Source: a virus. From it: a DNA stretch of 35,434 nt. The stretch lies in the IMG/VR virus record IMGVR_UViG_3300009952_000004; one strand, 5' to 3'. The notes under the pieces were generated by a model. The model made no database searches and was not told where the DNA came from. It saw only the letters and a program-made list of their open reading frames with translations. A program made the translations under genes and the position numbers. Of this stretch, positions 15,709-23,658 are shown one piece after another (within the stretch, counting starts at the first letter, position 1; each line of letters opens with the position of its first letter).

Positions 15709-17694
15709 CTACCAAACAAGTGGCTTTTGGTTTTCTAATTTCAATTTTGAAATATCTTTGAATATTTCATTATATATCTTAACAGAATTCGGAAAAACTT
15801 TGTCATAAAATGCTTTTATTTCAGGCGTCATTTGTGCTTGAGTGTATTCTGCAAGAAATTCCATCCCACGATTGGTTTTATCTTTCCAGTAACTATCCTC
15901 ATGTCCGAAGACTTGACTTCCATATTCCGCTTTTCTGAATGAGCTCATCATATCTGATGCAAATGCGGTAACTTCTGCATTTGCTTCAGGATGAATTTCC
16001 GGGTTTAGTTTCTTTGCCAGTTCATATAATTCCAATTTGAAATCTCTTACTTTAGCTTGTTGAAGCTTGAAGAATGCTATCTTCTCTTCTGTTGAAGCCC
16101 CTCTTTTGAGCTTCATATCCCCGAAAATATAATTGTCCATATCTTTTTTTATGACATTATACAAATCATACTGACTACTAAAAGCTTTTCCCCCTAATTC
16201 TGGAACTCCGAAATAACTTGCGATATTGTCAACGCCGTGCGTTAACTCATGCAACACTATCGAATGTGCTTTCTGGTTAATTTTTTTGTTGTAAATAAAG
16301 TCACTTTTTGCGAGATGAACTTTTGTAGTGCTTACATGAGAGCTCTTTTCTCTCGTTCTAACAAAAGATAATTTATCTACTGAACCGTAGACAGAATTTA
16401 CAAAATCATCATTTGGGAAGAAGCGCAATTCTCTTAAAAGACCTTGTGCATTTTCTTCTCCGAAAACATCAACAAAATTCGTCGTTCTAAGTCTCTCTTC
16501 TATACGTGAAACTAAATCACGACGAGTTTTAGGAACTTTGCTTTCTCGTTCTTCTAAAAGTTTTCTCTCTGCTTCTGCCTGTAATTCTTTTAGTTTCGCT
16601 TTTAGCTTCTCTTGCTCTTCGACCCACTCATAATATTTCATAAGATCATCAAAGTCAAGATTGTTGATTTCTTCAGTTGTTAGTTTAGAGAAATCAATCT
16701 TAGTATTTTCTTCCGCTTGTTGAAGAATTATACTATCGTCTTTTTCATTCCAAGAATTAAACTCATCTAGCGTACTTCGTCCGTCTTTGTACTTCATTTC
16801 GATATGTCCATACGCTGAGCATCTACAATTAGGATGCATCGGAAACATATTTACGCCCTTTTCTACCTTGCCAATCGGTACTGCCGTATTGTCTAACGGC
16901 TTGCAAATATCACACGCTCCACTTTCAGCGACAAAAATCATATGAGTAAAGCCGTTATCTTTTAAGACTGCGTGGTCTGTATCTGCGTTTATCCTTGCTA
17001 TTTCGGTCTTTAGCAACCGTTTAGCGTTATACTCACTTGTGCCGTACTTATTAGCAAGCAATTTCATTTCTTTTTGGTAGCCGTTCATATCTGTATAGAT
17101 ACGATTTAAAGAAGCGAATACATCTCTTTGTAGTATTGCTTGTAAACCTGTTTTGCCCCAAACTCGACTAGAAAAGTTTTGTCCGTAGAAATCAGCGTTT
17201 AAAATCGCTTCTAAGCGCTTAGTCGCTCCACTTGAAGAAATACCCAAGATACCCGCTTGTCGCTTAAATTCGGCTAAATATTCGCTTCTACGAGCCTTAT
17301 CGAATACTTCATCAAGGTTACTTGTCAAACTGTTAATTTCAAGTCCTAATTCAGCTTTTAAAAGTTCTAAGCGACTGACTTTCATCTTCAAGTTGTAAAC
17401 TCGTAACCAAGAATTAGTCTTATGACTGAAATCTTTCTCTTTAACGGCTTTTCTTGCCTTATCTGTAAACTTGGTAACGTCAAATTCAGATGCCCGCTTC
17501 ATAGCTTCTTGCTTCGTTAAACCTTCACGCCCAGCATAACCAAGATAAAACTTGTCTATCTGCGCTTGTAGTCTATCATAGCTTTCTTGGTATAACTGCG
17601 TTATCAGTTTGTCACGGTCTAAATCACGCTTGATTAGTTCAGCTTGTGCCTTACGTTCTGCGTTATATAGACGGTTATCAGCTTTCTTGCTCAT
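15709..17694 (-). CDS. Head morphogenesis protein (SPP1 gp7 / Mu F family) fused to a C-terminal HEXXH metalloprotease-like domain (MuF polymorphic-toxin architecture)
   Basis: 661 aa, directly after the portal gene. Residues 1-300 are gp7/MuF-like, ending in FPMHPNCRCS. Residues ~355-400 are a K/E coiled coil. The C-terminal domain carries HELTH at 16237..16251 and TNRGMEFLAEY at 15844..15876. Confidence 0.8.
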   Translation of the reverse strand: MSKKADNRLYNAERKAQAELIKRDLDRDKLITQLYQESYDRLQAQIDKFYLGYAGREGLTKQEAMKRASEFDVTKFTDKARKAVKEKDFSHKTNSWLRVYNLKMKVSRLELLKAELGLEINSLTSNLDEVFDKARRSEYLAEFKRQAGILGISSSGATKRLEAILNADFYGQNFSSRVWGKTGLQAILQRDVFASLNRIYTDMNGYQKEMKLLANKYGTSEYNAKRLLKTEIARINADTDHAVLKDNGFTHMIFVAESGACDICKPLDNTAVPIGKVEKGVNMFPMHPNCRCSAYGHIEMKYKDGRSTLDEFNSWNEKDDSIILQQAEENTKIDFSKLTTEEINNLDFDDLMKYYEWVEEQEKLKAKLKELQAEAERKLLEERESKVPKTRRDLVSRIEERLRTTNFVDVFGEENAQGLLRELRFFPNDDFVNSVYGSVDKLSFVRTREKSSHVSTTKVHLAKSDFIYNKKINQKAHSIVLHELTHGVDNIASYFGVPELGGKAFSSQYDLYNVIKKDMDNYIFGDMKLKRGASTEEKIAFFKLQQAKVRDFKLELYELAKKLNPEIHPEANAEVTAFASDMMSSFRKAEYGSQVFGHEDSYWKDKTNRGMEFLAEYTQAQMTPEIKAFYDKVFPNSVKIYNEIFKDISKLKLENQKPLVW

Positions 17695-19147
17695 TCATGC
17701 CACCTACTAACTGCATGATCTCGTTGTCACTTGCTCCACTTTCTTTCAAAATGCGCTCTTGCTCTGTCTTGTAGTCTGTAAAGCTAGCATTGTTCATCAA
17801 CGTTTCTTGCGATACCACTCCGCCGGCTTCAATGTATGCCTTGATTTCATTCCATACATCTTGCGGAATGTTTGGATGGAAAGTGAAGGTCAGCTTACTA
17901 GCTTCAATCAACGGCTTATTAATAGCCTTGTGAATGTTACTAATCAATTCATAACGACGGCGCAAAGCCTTTGTAAAGAACGTTTCTTTGTCTTTTCTGA
18001 CTTGCTCTAGACCAATCATCTTATAAAGCAAGGCAATGCCCGATGAAGTAGCGTTAAATCTATCATCTTCAAGGTTAGGAATACGACTAAATCTATGAAT
18101 GTCGTTTGCTAGTCGATTCTTATATGCTTCCGTTCCTTGCACGTCATATTGCTTGTAGATATATCCAGCATCAGCGCTTGTTTGTTGTCCATTCGCACTT
18201 ATTCCGGTTTGAAGTAGCATCATGTTAGCGTCTTTCATTTTAGCGAATTTTTCATCACTTATGTTGATAGCTTCCAGGTCTCCCTTGATAACAAGCATTG
18301 CATCGTTCAAGTCTGACATATAGTTCGCTGTGTCTGACTGTCCAGCGTCGTAAGCATCAATCAACGGGATTTCACTTTCAAAGTCACCCATTCTATAGCG
18401 GTTATTCCACCATTCAACCACGGGTACATCTTTATATTCATGTTTGTTGACTGTATCGACTGCCAATTTTACTGAACCACTAGAAAATGGTTTGAAAGTT
18501 ATGACTTGGTCTTTAGTGTAAACCGTCATATTCACTTTATCCGCAAAGACTGGAAGATGAACGGCGCAAATGATATTTTGTTCGACTGTTAAATCACGAA
18601 TGACAAACATTTCAAGCGGGTTGATAGAAACAACTCTGTCCGCTCCGTCTTTATCTCGGAAGTGATATTCAAAAGCACGTCCATAGATTGAAGCATCAAG
18701 TGCTAAATCGCCATTCAAAGCGTTGATGTCATTGTCCCACTCGATTTCTTGAATTGTGTCAAGTTGCTCTTTGTTTGTGCCCTCTAAAATACCGACTGAA
18801 ACGGGGTTACCGATAACGTAGCTAGTTGCAAAACTAGAAATATATCCACCCCATTTATGACGTACCCGATAATCTGCTTTCTCGTTATCTAGTCGTCTAT
18901 GTCCGTTCAAAATACTGTAATTGTCGCCTTTGGCGTATGAAGATAGCACTTTCAAGCGTTTTTGCTGACTACTAAAGAAAGTGTCAATCATATCTCTAAA
19001 GGCTTTCTTACCGTTTGCCGTATCTAATAACGCATCACTTGAAGCATATCTGAATTGCTCGTTTGCGATTGTGCCAAAGTATAGACTGTCAAACCTCGTT
19101 TTCGTAGTCGTGTCTATACCGTGTTCAAATTCGTTTACTTTATCCAC
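17678..19147 (-). CDS. Portal protein (SPP1 gp6 type)
   Basis: 489 aa, GTG start 5 nt after a GGAGGT RBS, located directly after TerL. Confidence 0.9.
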   Translation of the reverse strand: MDKVNEFEHGIDTTTKTRFDSLYFGTIANEQFRYASSDALLDTANGKKAFRDMIDTFFSSQQKRLKVLSSYAKGDNYSILNGHRRLDNEKADYRVRHKWGGYISSFATSYVIGNPVSVGILEGTNKEQLDTIQEIEWDNDINALNGDLALDASIYGRAFEYHFRDKDGADRVVSINPLEMFVIRDLTVEQNIICAVHLPVFADKVNMTVYTKDQVITFKPFSSGSVKLAVDTVNKHEYKDVPVVEWWNNRYRMGDFESEIPLIDAYDAGQSDTANYMSDLNDAMLVIKGDLEAINISDEKFAKMKDANMMLLQTGISANGQQTSADAGYIYKQYDVQGTEAYKNRLANDIHRFSRIPNLEDDRFNATSSGIALLYKMIGLEQVRKDKETFFTKALRRRYELISNIHKAINKPLIEASKLTFTFHPNIPQDVWNEIKAYIEAGGVVSQETLMNNASFTDYKTEQERILKESGASDNEIMQLVGGMNEQES

Positions 19148-19150
19148 TTC

Positions 19151-20440
19151 TTACCTCCTAAACATCTTATTGATCTTACTGATAGCCTTGTCAACGTCCA
19201 CGTCTTTTCTTGTCTGATATATCCTATCTTGCAAGGCGTAGCGTATAGCATCTATGCAGTGATTATAGCTATCTACTGGCTCGTTGATATATTCGTTTGT
19301 CTTTTTGTCTTTCTTCCAAGTATAATTTTCAAGTTCTTCAATCAGCTTCACGCATCTTTCATCTACTATCCAATCATACTGTAACAAGTATTGAATACCT
19401 TGCATAACCGAGCCAGCGCCTTTTTGAACGTCTATCACTCGTGGAATACCAAGATTTCTTAATTCTTGATTAGATTTCTTTTCAGCGCTATCTGCTCGTA
19501 TCTGCTCTTTAGCATATCCAAGTGTCTTTATTGCTTCTGCTATCTTGTCATTCGTCAAGCCTTTTCTTACAAATTCCTCAACGACATATAAACGCTTGTT
19601 TTCGTCGTCTATCCTTACATGAAGAAGTGCTGACGGGTCATTGATAAAACCATAGTCAAGGCCAAAATAAGCCGGCAAATGCGCAAATTCTTCCTTGTTA
19701 AGCAATCGTTTCTCATACTTAGGGAAAATCAGCTTGTCAAGTGTCGCAAACTCGCCCAAAGCATAGATTTTGTAATATGCTTCATTTCTATTTGCTAGTT
19801 CTTCGATATTCTCGATTGTTACTTGATCTAAAAAGCGATTATCTTTGTATGAAGTATGATAAACAACTGTATTCTTCGGCTTCTTCACAAAAAATGCGTT
19901 ATACGTCCAATTCACTTTTGAAACAGGGTTAAACATCAAGAATATCTGCTTATTCAAATGCTTCTTATCCCGCAAACGCAAAGTCAACTGTGTGTAATCA
20001 TCAAGCGTAAACTCCGATGCTTCTTCCATGACGACATCTGACACGCCTTTGATTGACTTTATTTTTTCCGGATTGTCTAACCCTTTAAAAATGAACTGTG
20101 CACCGTTTGGCAGTTCGATACGATATGCTGAATTGTTGACCTTGCACTTATCTAGCAGCTGCCAACTATCCAGGCATTGTTTCACGTCTTCAAAGATTGA
20201 ATCGTGAACCGTTGCGCCTACCTTACGCAAGAATAAAACCTTGCGTGGATGTTTCCAGTCTTGACAAGACTTAAAGACAACCTTTTGTATCACGCCATGA
20301 CTTTTCCCACTCGAAGCACCGCCATAGTGAACCTCAGTAAAGGTTGAATAGTCGTATAACTTATCATAGATATGCTTATTAAATACACGGCTTGGATAGT
20401 CAATAATGATATTGATTTTAGGTTTATTCTTCGTTATCAT
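19151..20440 (-). CDS. terL: Terminase large subunit (PBSX family)
   Basis: Walker A motif YGGASSGKS. ATG at 20440 (MITKNKPKINIIIDY) is the preferred start; the track begins at an upstream TTG (20452) inside terS. Confidence 0.9.
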   Translation of the reverse strand: MITKNKPKINIIIDYPSRVFNKHIYDKLYDYSTFTEVHYGGASSGKSHGVIQKVVFKSCQDWKHPRKVLFLRKVGATVHDSIFEDVKQCLDSWQLLDKCKVNNSAYRIELPNGAQFIFKGLDNPEKIKSIKGVSDVVMEEASEFTLDDYTQLTLRLRDKKHLNKQIFLMFNPVSKVNWTYNAFFVKKPKNTVVYHTSYKDNRFLDQVTIENIEELANRNEAYYKIYALGEFATLDKLIFPKYEKRLLNKEEFAHLPAYFGLDYGFINDPSALLHVRIDDENKRLYVVEEFVRKGLTNDKIAEAIKTLGYAKEQIRADSAEKKSNQELRNLGIPRVIDVQKGAGSVMQGIQYLLQYDWIVDERCVKLIEELENYTWKKDKKTNEYINEPVDSYNHCIDAIRYALQDRIYQTRKDVDVDKAISKINKMFRR

Positions 20441-20870
20441 CCCAATCACCAACCTTTATGTCGATTGTTTTTTGAGTGATTTCTTGCCTATCAATAAACA
20501 AGCCGTAACGCTTACCGAGGTCAACCGCTGCACTCTTTCTTGTTGATACATTCGGTTTAGCATCCATGACTTTTTGATAGCCGTCGCCGTCAAGCACTAA
20601 TAAAGGCTCTGTGATTTCTCCACGCATGACTGCCGTCAAAAATTCAAGCACTTCTTGTTGGTCTGCGACACGTTCGGACTTTAGTTTTTCTAGTTGTTCG
20701 TCTATATAGGCTTTTACGTTAGCTTTTGCAAGCAATCGACTTCCATTTGTCCTTGCGACATCATCGTTCTTAATATTCGGATAAGCCTTTTTATATGCCC
20801 TTGTAGCGTTTAATTCGATGATGTACTCATCGGCAAAAAGCTTTTGTTTTTCGGTCATCCCATTTTCCAT
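20424..20870 (-). CDS. terS: Terminase small subunit (Terminase_2 type)
   Basis: MENGMTEKQKLFADEYIIELNATRAYKKAY is typical of the family. The start is ATG 20870 or 20858, just after AAAGAGGTG. The track extension up to 21041 crosses structured non-coding RNA-like sequence and is rejected. Confidence 0.85.
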   Translation of the reverse strand: MENGMTEKQKLFADEYIIELNATRAYKKAYPNIKNDDVARTNGSRLLAKANVKAYIDEQLEKLKSERVADQQEVLEFLTAVMRGEITEPLLVLDGDGYQKVMDAKPNVSTRKSAAVDLGKRYGLFIDRQEITQKTIDIKVGDWDDNEE

Positions 20871-20887
20871 CACCTCTTTTCTATAAA

Positions 20888-20911
20888 CAAAAAAGCCAGC
20901 ATAAGCTGACT
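20888..20911 (-). terminator. Terminator-like hairpin 18 nt upstream of the terS RBS
   Basis: On the minus strand, AGTCAGC-TTAT-GCTGGCT (6 of 7 bp) is followed by TTTTTGTTT. Confidence 0.55.
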
Positions 20912-21009
20912 GATTTTCATAAGGACTTTTTAAAATGCAAGGCGACTGCAGAGCCTTGCGGAGAATCAATAGTATATTGTCTTTTTTAAATTTATTTTTT
21001 GCAGTCGTA

Positions 21010-21098
21010 TGGCGACGGTCGGAATCGAACCGACGGAGCAAAAAGTTTGTTTGGCTTACTTTGTAAAATCAATAGTGTGAAAAGAACCTTTCGTCGCC
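21010..21098 (-). ncRNA. tRNA-like element (89 nt; possible degenerate or atypical tRNA, UAC at the anticodon position)
   Basis: The minus strand reads GGCGACG...GTCGG-TTCGATT-CCGAC-CGTCGCC-A: a 7/7 acceptor stem and a canonical T arm. However, the D arm lacks GG and pairs poorly, the anticodon stem has only 3 WC plus 1 GU pairs, the variable region is 21 nt, and no CCA is encoded. Confidence 0.4.
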
Positions 21099-21190
21099 AT
21101 AAAGGGCATTACGCCCTTCAGTAAAAAATATATAAGAGTCTGTCAAACTTCGCATTATCTGACAATACCATGATACCACTTTAAAACGTT

Positions 21191-21646
21191 TCATGTTTCC
21201 GCAAAAAGTTCACTTTTGAAAGCGATTAAATCACCGCCCCGATACTGTTCAGCGAATGCAAGACACGCTCTATTCAAGTAGTCTTGAAATTTTGTTTTTT
21301 CAATCCATAACTTTTCTTGGATCTCGTAGTTTAGCATTGGTTCAGTCGCTAAATACTTATTAAACAAAATAAAGCGATATTTTGGATTGAATAAGCGACT
21401 CACTGCTTGCTCGATTTCTTCCAGTTCCCTCGAAGCATCTACACGTCTGATTGCTAGTTTCTCGACTTGCTTAGACGGGCCGTTACTTCCCCTCGGTTCA
21501 AACGTTATCAACTGCGTTACTCGTTGCTCTGGTAAGTCGCAAGCAATTTCACGAATGCGTGGATATTGTCGCAATACTTTCTTCACGTTTGAGATTGTCT
21601 TTTTCTCGTTGATTTCTTGAAATAACACTTGCGCCCCTTTCCTCAT
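21191..21646 (-). CDS. ArpU-family late transcriptional regulator
   Basis: LFQEINEKKTISNVKKVLRQY matches the ArpU N-terminal signature as I remember it. The gene sits at the last position before the packaging genes. An alternative GTG start lies at 21628, after a GGGG RBS. Confidence 0.8.
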   Translation of the reverse strand: MRKGAQVLFQEINEKKTISNVKKVLRQYPRIREIACDLPEQRVTQLITFEPRGSNGPSKQVEKLAIRRVDASRELEEIEQAVSRLFNPKYRFILFNKYLATEPMLNYEIQEKLWIEKTKFQDYLNRACLAFAEQYRGGDLIAFKSELFAET

Positions 21647-22044
21647 GCTTCACCAATCAAAACATTGACTGGTATTTTGAAATAGGTTGCCACGTCTTCG
21701 ACAATGTAATAATTCGGTTGTTTACGCTTATTTTCCCATTTCTCAATTTCTGATACTGTATAACCCAAAATTTCAGACAGTTCATTGCGTGATAATTTCT
21801 TATCTAGTCGTTTCTGCTTCAGCATAAAGGCGAAGCGCTCGCATTGTTTCTTAGTTAGTTTATCGACTTCAAGTTTTATCAATCGTTTACCATTCGGACA
21901 CTTTTTTGTGTATGAATCAAAAGAATAGTAGCGTAGTTGCTTGATAGATATTCCAGTTTCTTCGCTTATCTCTTTAAGAGTTCCACAAGATAAGAAAGTG
22001 TCTTGTTGATAGAGTGCATATTCATTTTCATTTTCTACTTCCAT
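21643..22044 (-). CDS. XRE-type helix-turn-helix DNA-binding protein
   Basis: The C-terminal LSRNELSEILGYTVSEIEKWENKRKQP is an HTH_3-like motif. ATGA overlap with the downstream gene. Confidence 0.7.
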   Translation of the reverse strand: MEVENENEYALYQQDTFLSCGTLKEISEETGISIKQLRYYSFDSYTKKCPNGKRLIKLEVDKLTKKQCERFAFMLKQKRLDKKLSRNELSEILGYTVSEIEKWENKRKQPNYYIVEDVATYFKIPVNVLIGEA

Positions 22045-22260
22045 GCTCTAATTCCTCAATTAGTCGTTTCAAATAAAACTCCGCTTTCTTTAAATCTTCG
22101 ATACCGTTCTTTTTGTGAAATCGCAAAACGTACTTCACTACGTTACCCAAAAGAAACCAGCCTTGTATTCGGGGCAAGGCTTAAACGCATCAATCACGTC
22201 CAAGGCTTCAATCCCACTTTCTGAAATGTAATGGCTCGGTTTATTTACGTTATCTGTCAT
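22028..22260 (-). pseudogene. DUF3310-like gene split by a 1-nt frameshift
   Basis: ATG at 22260 (RBS AGAGGG) gives MTDNVNKPSHYISESGIEALDVIDAF...GFFWVT, then a stop at 22138-22140. The -1 frame continues GNVVKYVLRFHKKNGIEDLKKAEFYLKRLIEELEH to 22028. The break lies in the TTTTGGG run at 22146-22152. Confidence 0.6.
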
Positions 22261-22279
22261 TGTTTGCCCTCTTTTCTAA

Positions 22280-22558
22280 TTAAATAAACAAACTAGCTAA
22301 CCAAATTAAAAACAAATAAATCAAAATTTTTTCAATCTTTGTAAGTATGGGTATTAAATATTCTTCTGTATCTTGTTTTTCTTTATAGTAATCAGGAAAA
22401 ATAAGAGATAATGTAATATCTAAACCAAAGGCTTGCCAAATGCTGATTTCGTTAACTGGAATAATTGTTGTAATAATCGCATTCCACCCGTACTGAAATG
22501 TAAATGCTGAAATAATCACACCGATAAACGCAACAATAAATACACCAAATTTTTTCAT
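22280..22558 (-). CDS. Small membrane protein (three predicted TM helices), strongly AT-rich gene
   Basis: 92-aa ORF with hydrophobic segments FGVFIVAFIGVIISAF, ITLSLIF and ILIYLFLIWLASLFI. It has a 4-nt overlap with the MazG-like gene. Confidence 0.65.
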   Translation of the reverse strand: MKKFGVFIVAFIGVIISAFTFQYGWNAIITTIIPVNEISIWQAFGLDITLSLIFPDYYKEKQDTEEYLIPILTKIEKILIYLFLIWLASLFI

Positions 22559-22872
22559 TCTAAATCCCCTTCTTTCACAAATGAACCGTTTACCATTTTT
22601 CCTTTTCGATTTTTGATCTCGTTGTAAGCTAGTTCAAAACATTCTGCAATACTCCAGCCTTTCTGTTGGCAGTAAATAGTCAGCACTACCAAAATATCAC
22701 CTACTGCATCTTTTCCGTCTGCTTCACGTTCTTTTAAATGTGCTTGTGCAAGTTCGCCTGCTTCTTCAAATAATTTCAGCGCTTGTGCTGTGCTATTGTC
22801 CGGATTGTCCAATCCTCGTTTTTTTGCCCATTGCTCAACTCTGTGCGCCAGTAATTCCATATTTGTTGTCAT
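22555..22872 (-). CDS. MazG-like nucleotide pyrophosphohydrolase
   Basis: 105 aa. The LFEEAGELAQA...DAVGDILVVL pattern matches the EExxE / D..GD motif arrangement of small phage MazG proteins. Confidence 0.75.
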   Translation of the reverse strand: MTTNMELLAHRVEQWAKKRGLDNPDNSTAQALKLFEEAGELAQAHLKEREADGKDAVGDILVVLTIYCQQKGWSIAECFELAYNEIKNRKGKMVNGSFVKEGDLE

Positions 22873-23117
22873 AATTCAATATCATCTCCTACTTCAATAT
22901 TTTGATACCGTTCTTCACTAACCACAAACACATTCCCGTTAACCGTGATAGTGAAAAGACTTCCGATTTTTCGTTTTTCTTCCACTTTGCCAGTAATCTG
23001 ATACTTGCTATCTGCATGATAGACAAGCAAGGGTTTCTGCTGCTCGTCTATAATCGACCGCTGCATAAACAACAAGCAAGTAGTTAATAGGCAATAGCCA
23101 ATTAAGAATCGTTTCAT
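22869..23117 (-). CDS. Small secreted or membrane-anchored protein (function unknown)
   Basis: 82 aa with an N-terminal hydrophobic signal-like segment MKRFLIGYCLLTTCLLF. Confidence 0.6.
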   Translation of the reverse strand: MKRFLIGYCLLTTCLLFMQRSIIDEQQKPLLVYHADSKYQITGKVEEKRKIGSLFTITVNGNVFVVSEERYQNIEVGDDIEL

Positions 23118-23398
23118 TCTTCCATCTCCTGCTTTGGTTTAAAAGGCAATTCTTTTCTTGCTTCACTCATAATATGAGGATTGTCTGTTGGCAATGTTGC
23201 GAAGTATGTTCTCGACACTGCCGCTTGACAAAAAATCATTTCATCAAAAACTAGCTGACATAACTCCACTAAACACTCCTCAATATCAAAGACCTCGTTA
23301 TCGTCTTCACTATCCATTTGTTCTTCATAAAATTCTGCAATTTCACAAGCTTTTCTGTACAACTTACCTGCAAAATCTCTTTTCATTTCTTCCATCAC
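23114..23398 (-). CDS. Hypothetical acidic protein
   Basis: 94-aa ORF, translationally coupled to its neighbours. Confidence 0.6.
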   Translation of the reverse strand: MMEEMKRDFAGKLYRKACEIAEFYEEQMDSEDDNEVFDIEECLVELCQLVFDEMIFCQAAVSRTYFATLPTDNPHIMSEARKELPFKPKQEMEE

Positions 23399-23658
23399 TA
23401 TACCTCTTCAGCGTTTTTAAGAGTAAATCCAACTCCATACATTAACAGATAACTTTGAAGTCTTACAAAGTCTTCAATCAATTCCGCTTCTTGTACATCG
23501 TATTCGGCGATTTCATCCAAAAAATATTCTATGTCATCATGTTGCACACTGCCGTACTCTGTTCTAGTGTGATGCATTTCAACTTCATAACCATCTACAT
23601 CAATTATGTAATGAATCCCATCTGTCGAATTTTCGTATTTATAATCTTTAATAATCAT
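23398..23658 (-). CDS. Hypothetical acidic protein
   Basis: 86-aa ORF with a 1-nt overlap with the downstream gene. Confidence 0.6.
   Translation of the reverse strand: MIIKDYKYENSTDGIHYIIDVDGYEVEMHHTRTEYGSVQHDDIEYFLDEIAEYDVQEAELIEDFVRLQSYLLMYGVGFTLKNAEEV

Noticed and set aside
20871-21041. Upstream extension of terS to a 205-aa ORF (track ORF 20424..21041)
   Set aside because: The extra 57 codons have no RBS and run through the hairpins and the 3' half of the tRNA-like element. The conserved TerS N-terminus (MTEKQKLFADEY) begins just after a strong RBS at 20870/20858.
21010-21098. Reading the tRNA-like element on the plus strand, where the central loop reads TTGTAAA (a tRNA-Tyr-like GTA anticodon loop)
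   Set aside because: The canonical T-arm sequence GG-TTCGATT-CC exists only on the minus strand. On the plus strand that arm would have to serve as a D arm without GG, and the T arm would be unstructured.
21141-21146. TTGACA hexamer on the minus strand upstream of the tRNA-like element as its promoter
   Set aside because: No acceptable -10 lies at 16-19 nt spacing; the TATATT is only 8 nt away and TACTGA sits at 17 nt. I do not call a promoter here.
22138-22152. Programmed -1 frameshifting as the explanation for the split DUF3310-like gene
   Set aside because: The site (TTC TTT TGG G) is not an X-XXY-YYZ heptamer in the zero frame and no downstream stimulatory structure is evident. An indel or sequencing error in the homopolymer run is more parsimonious.
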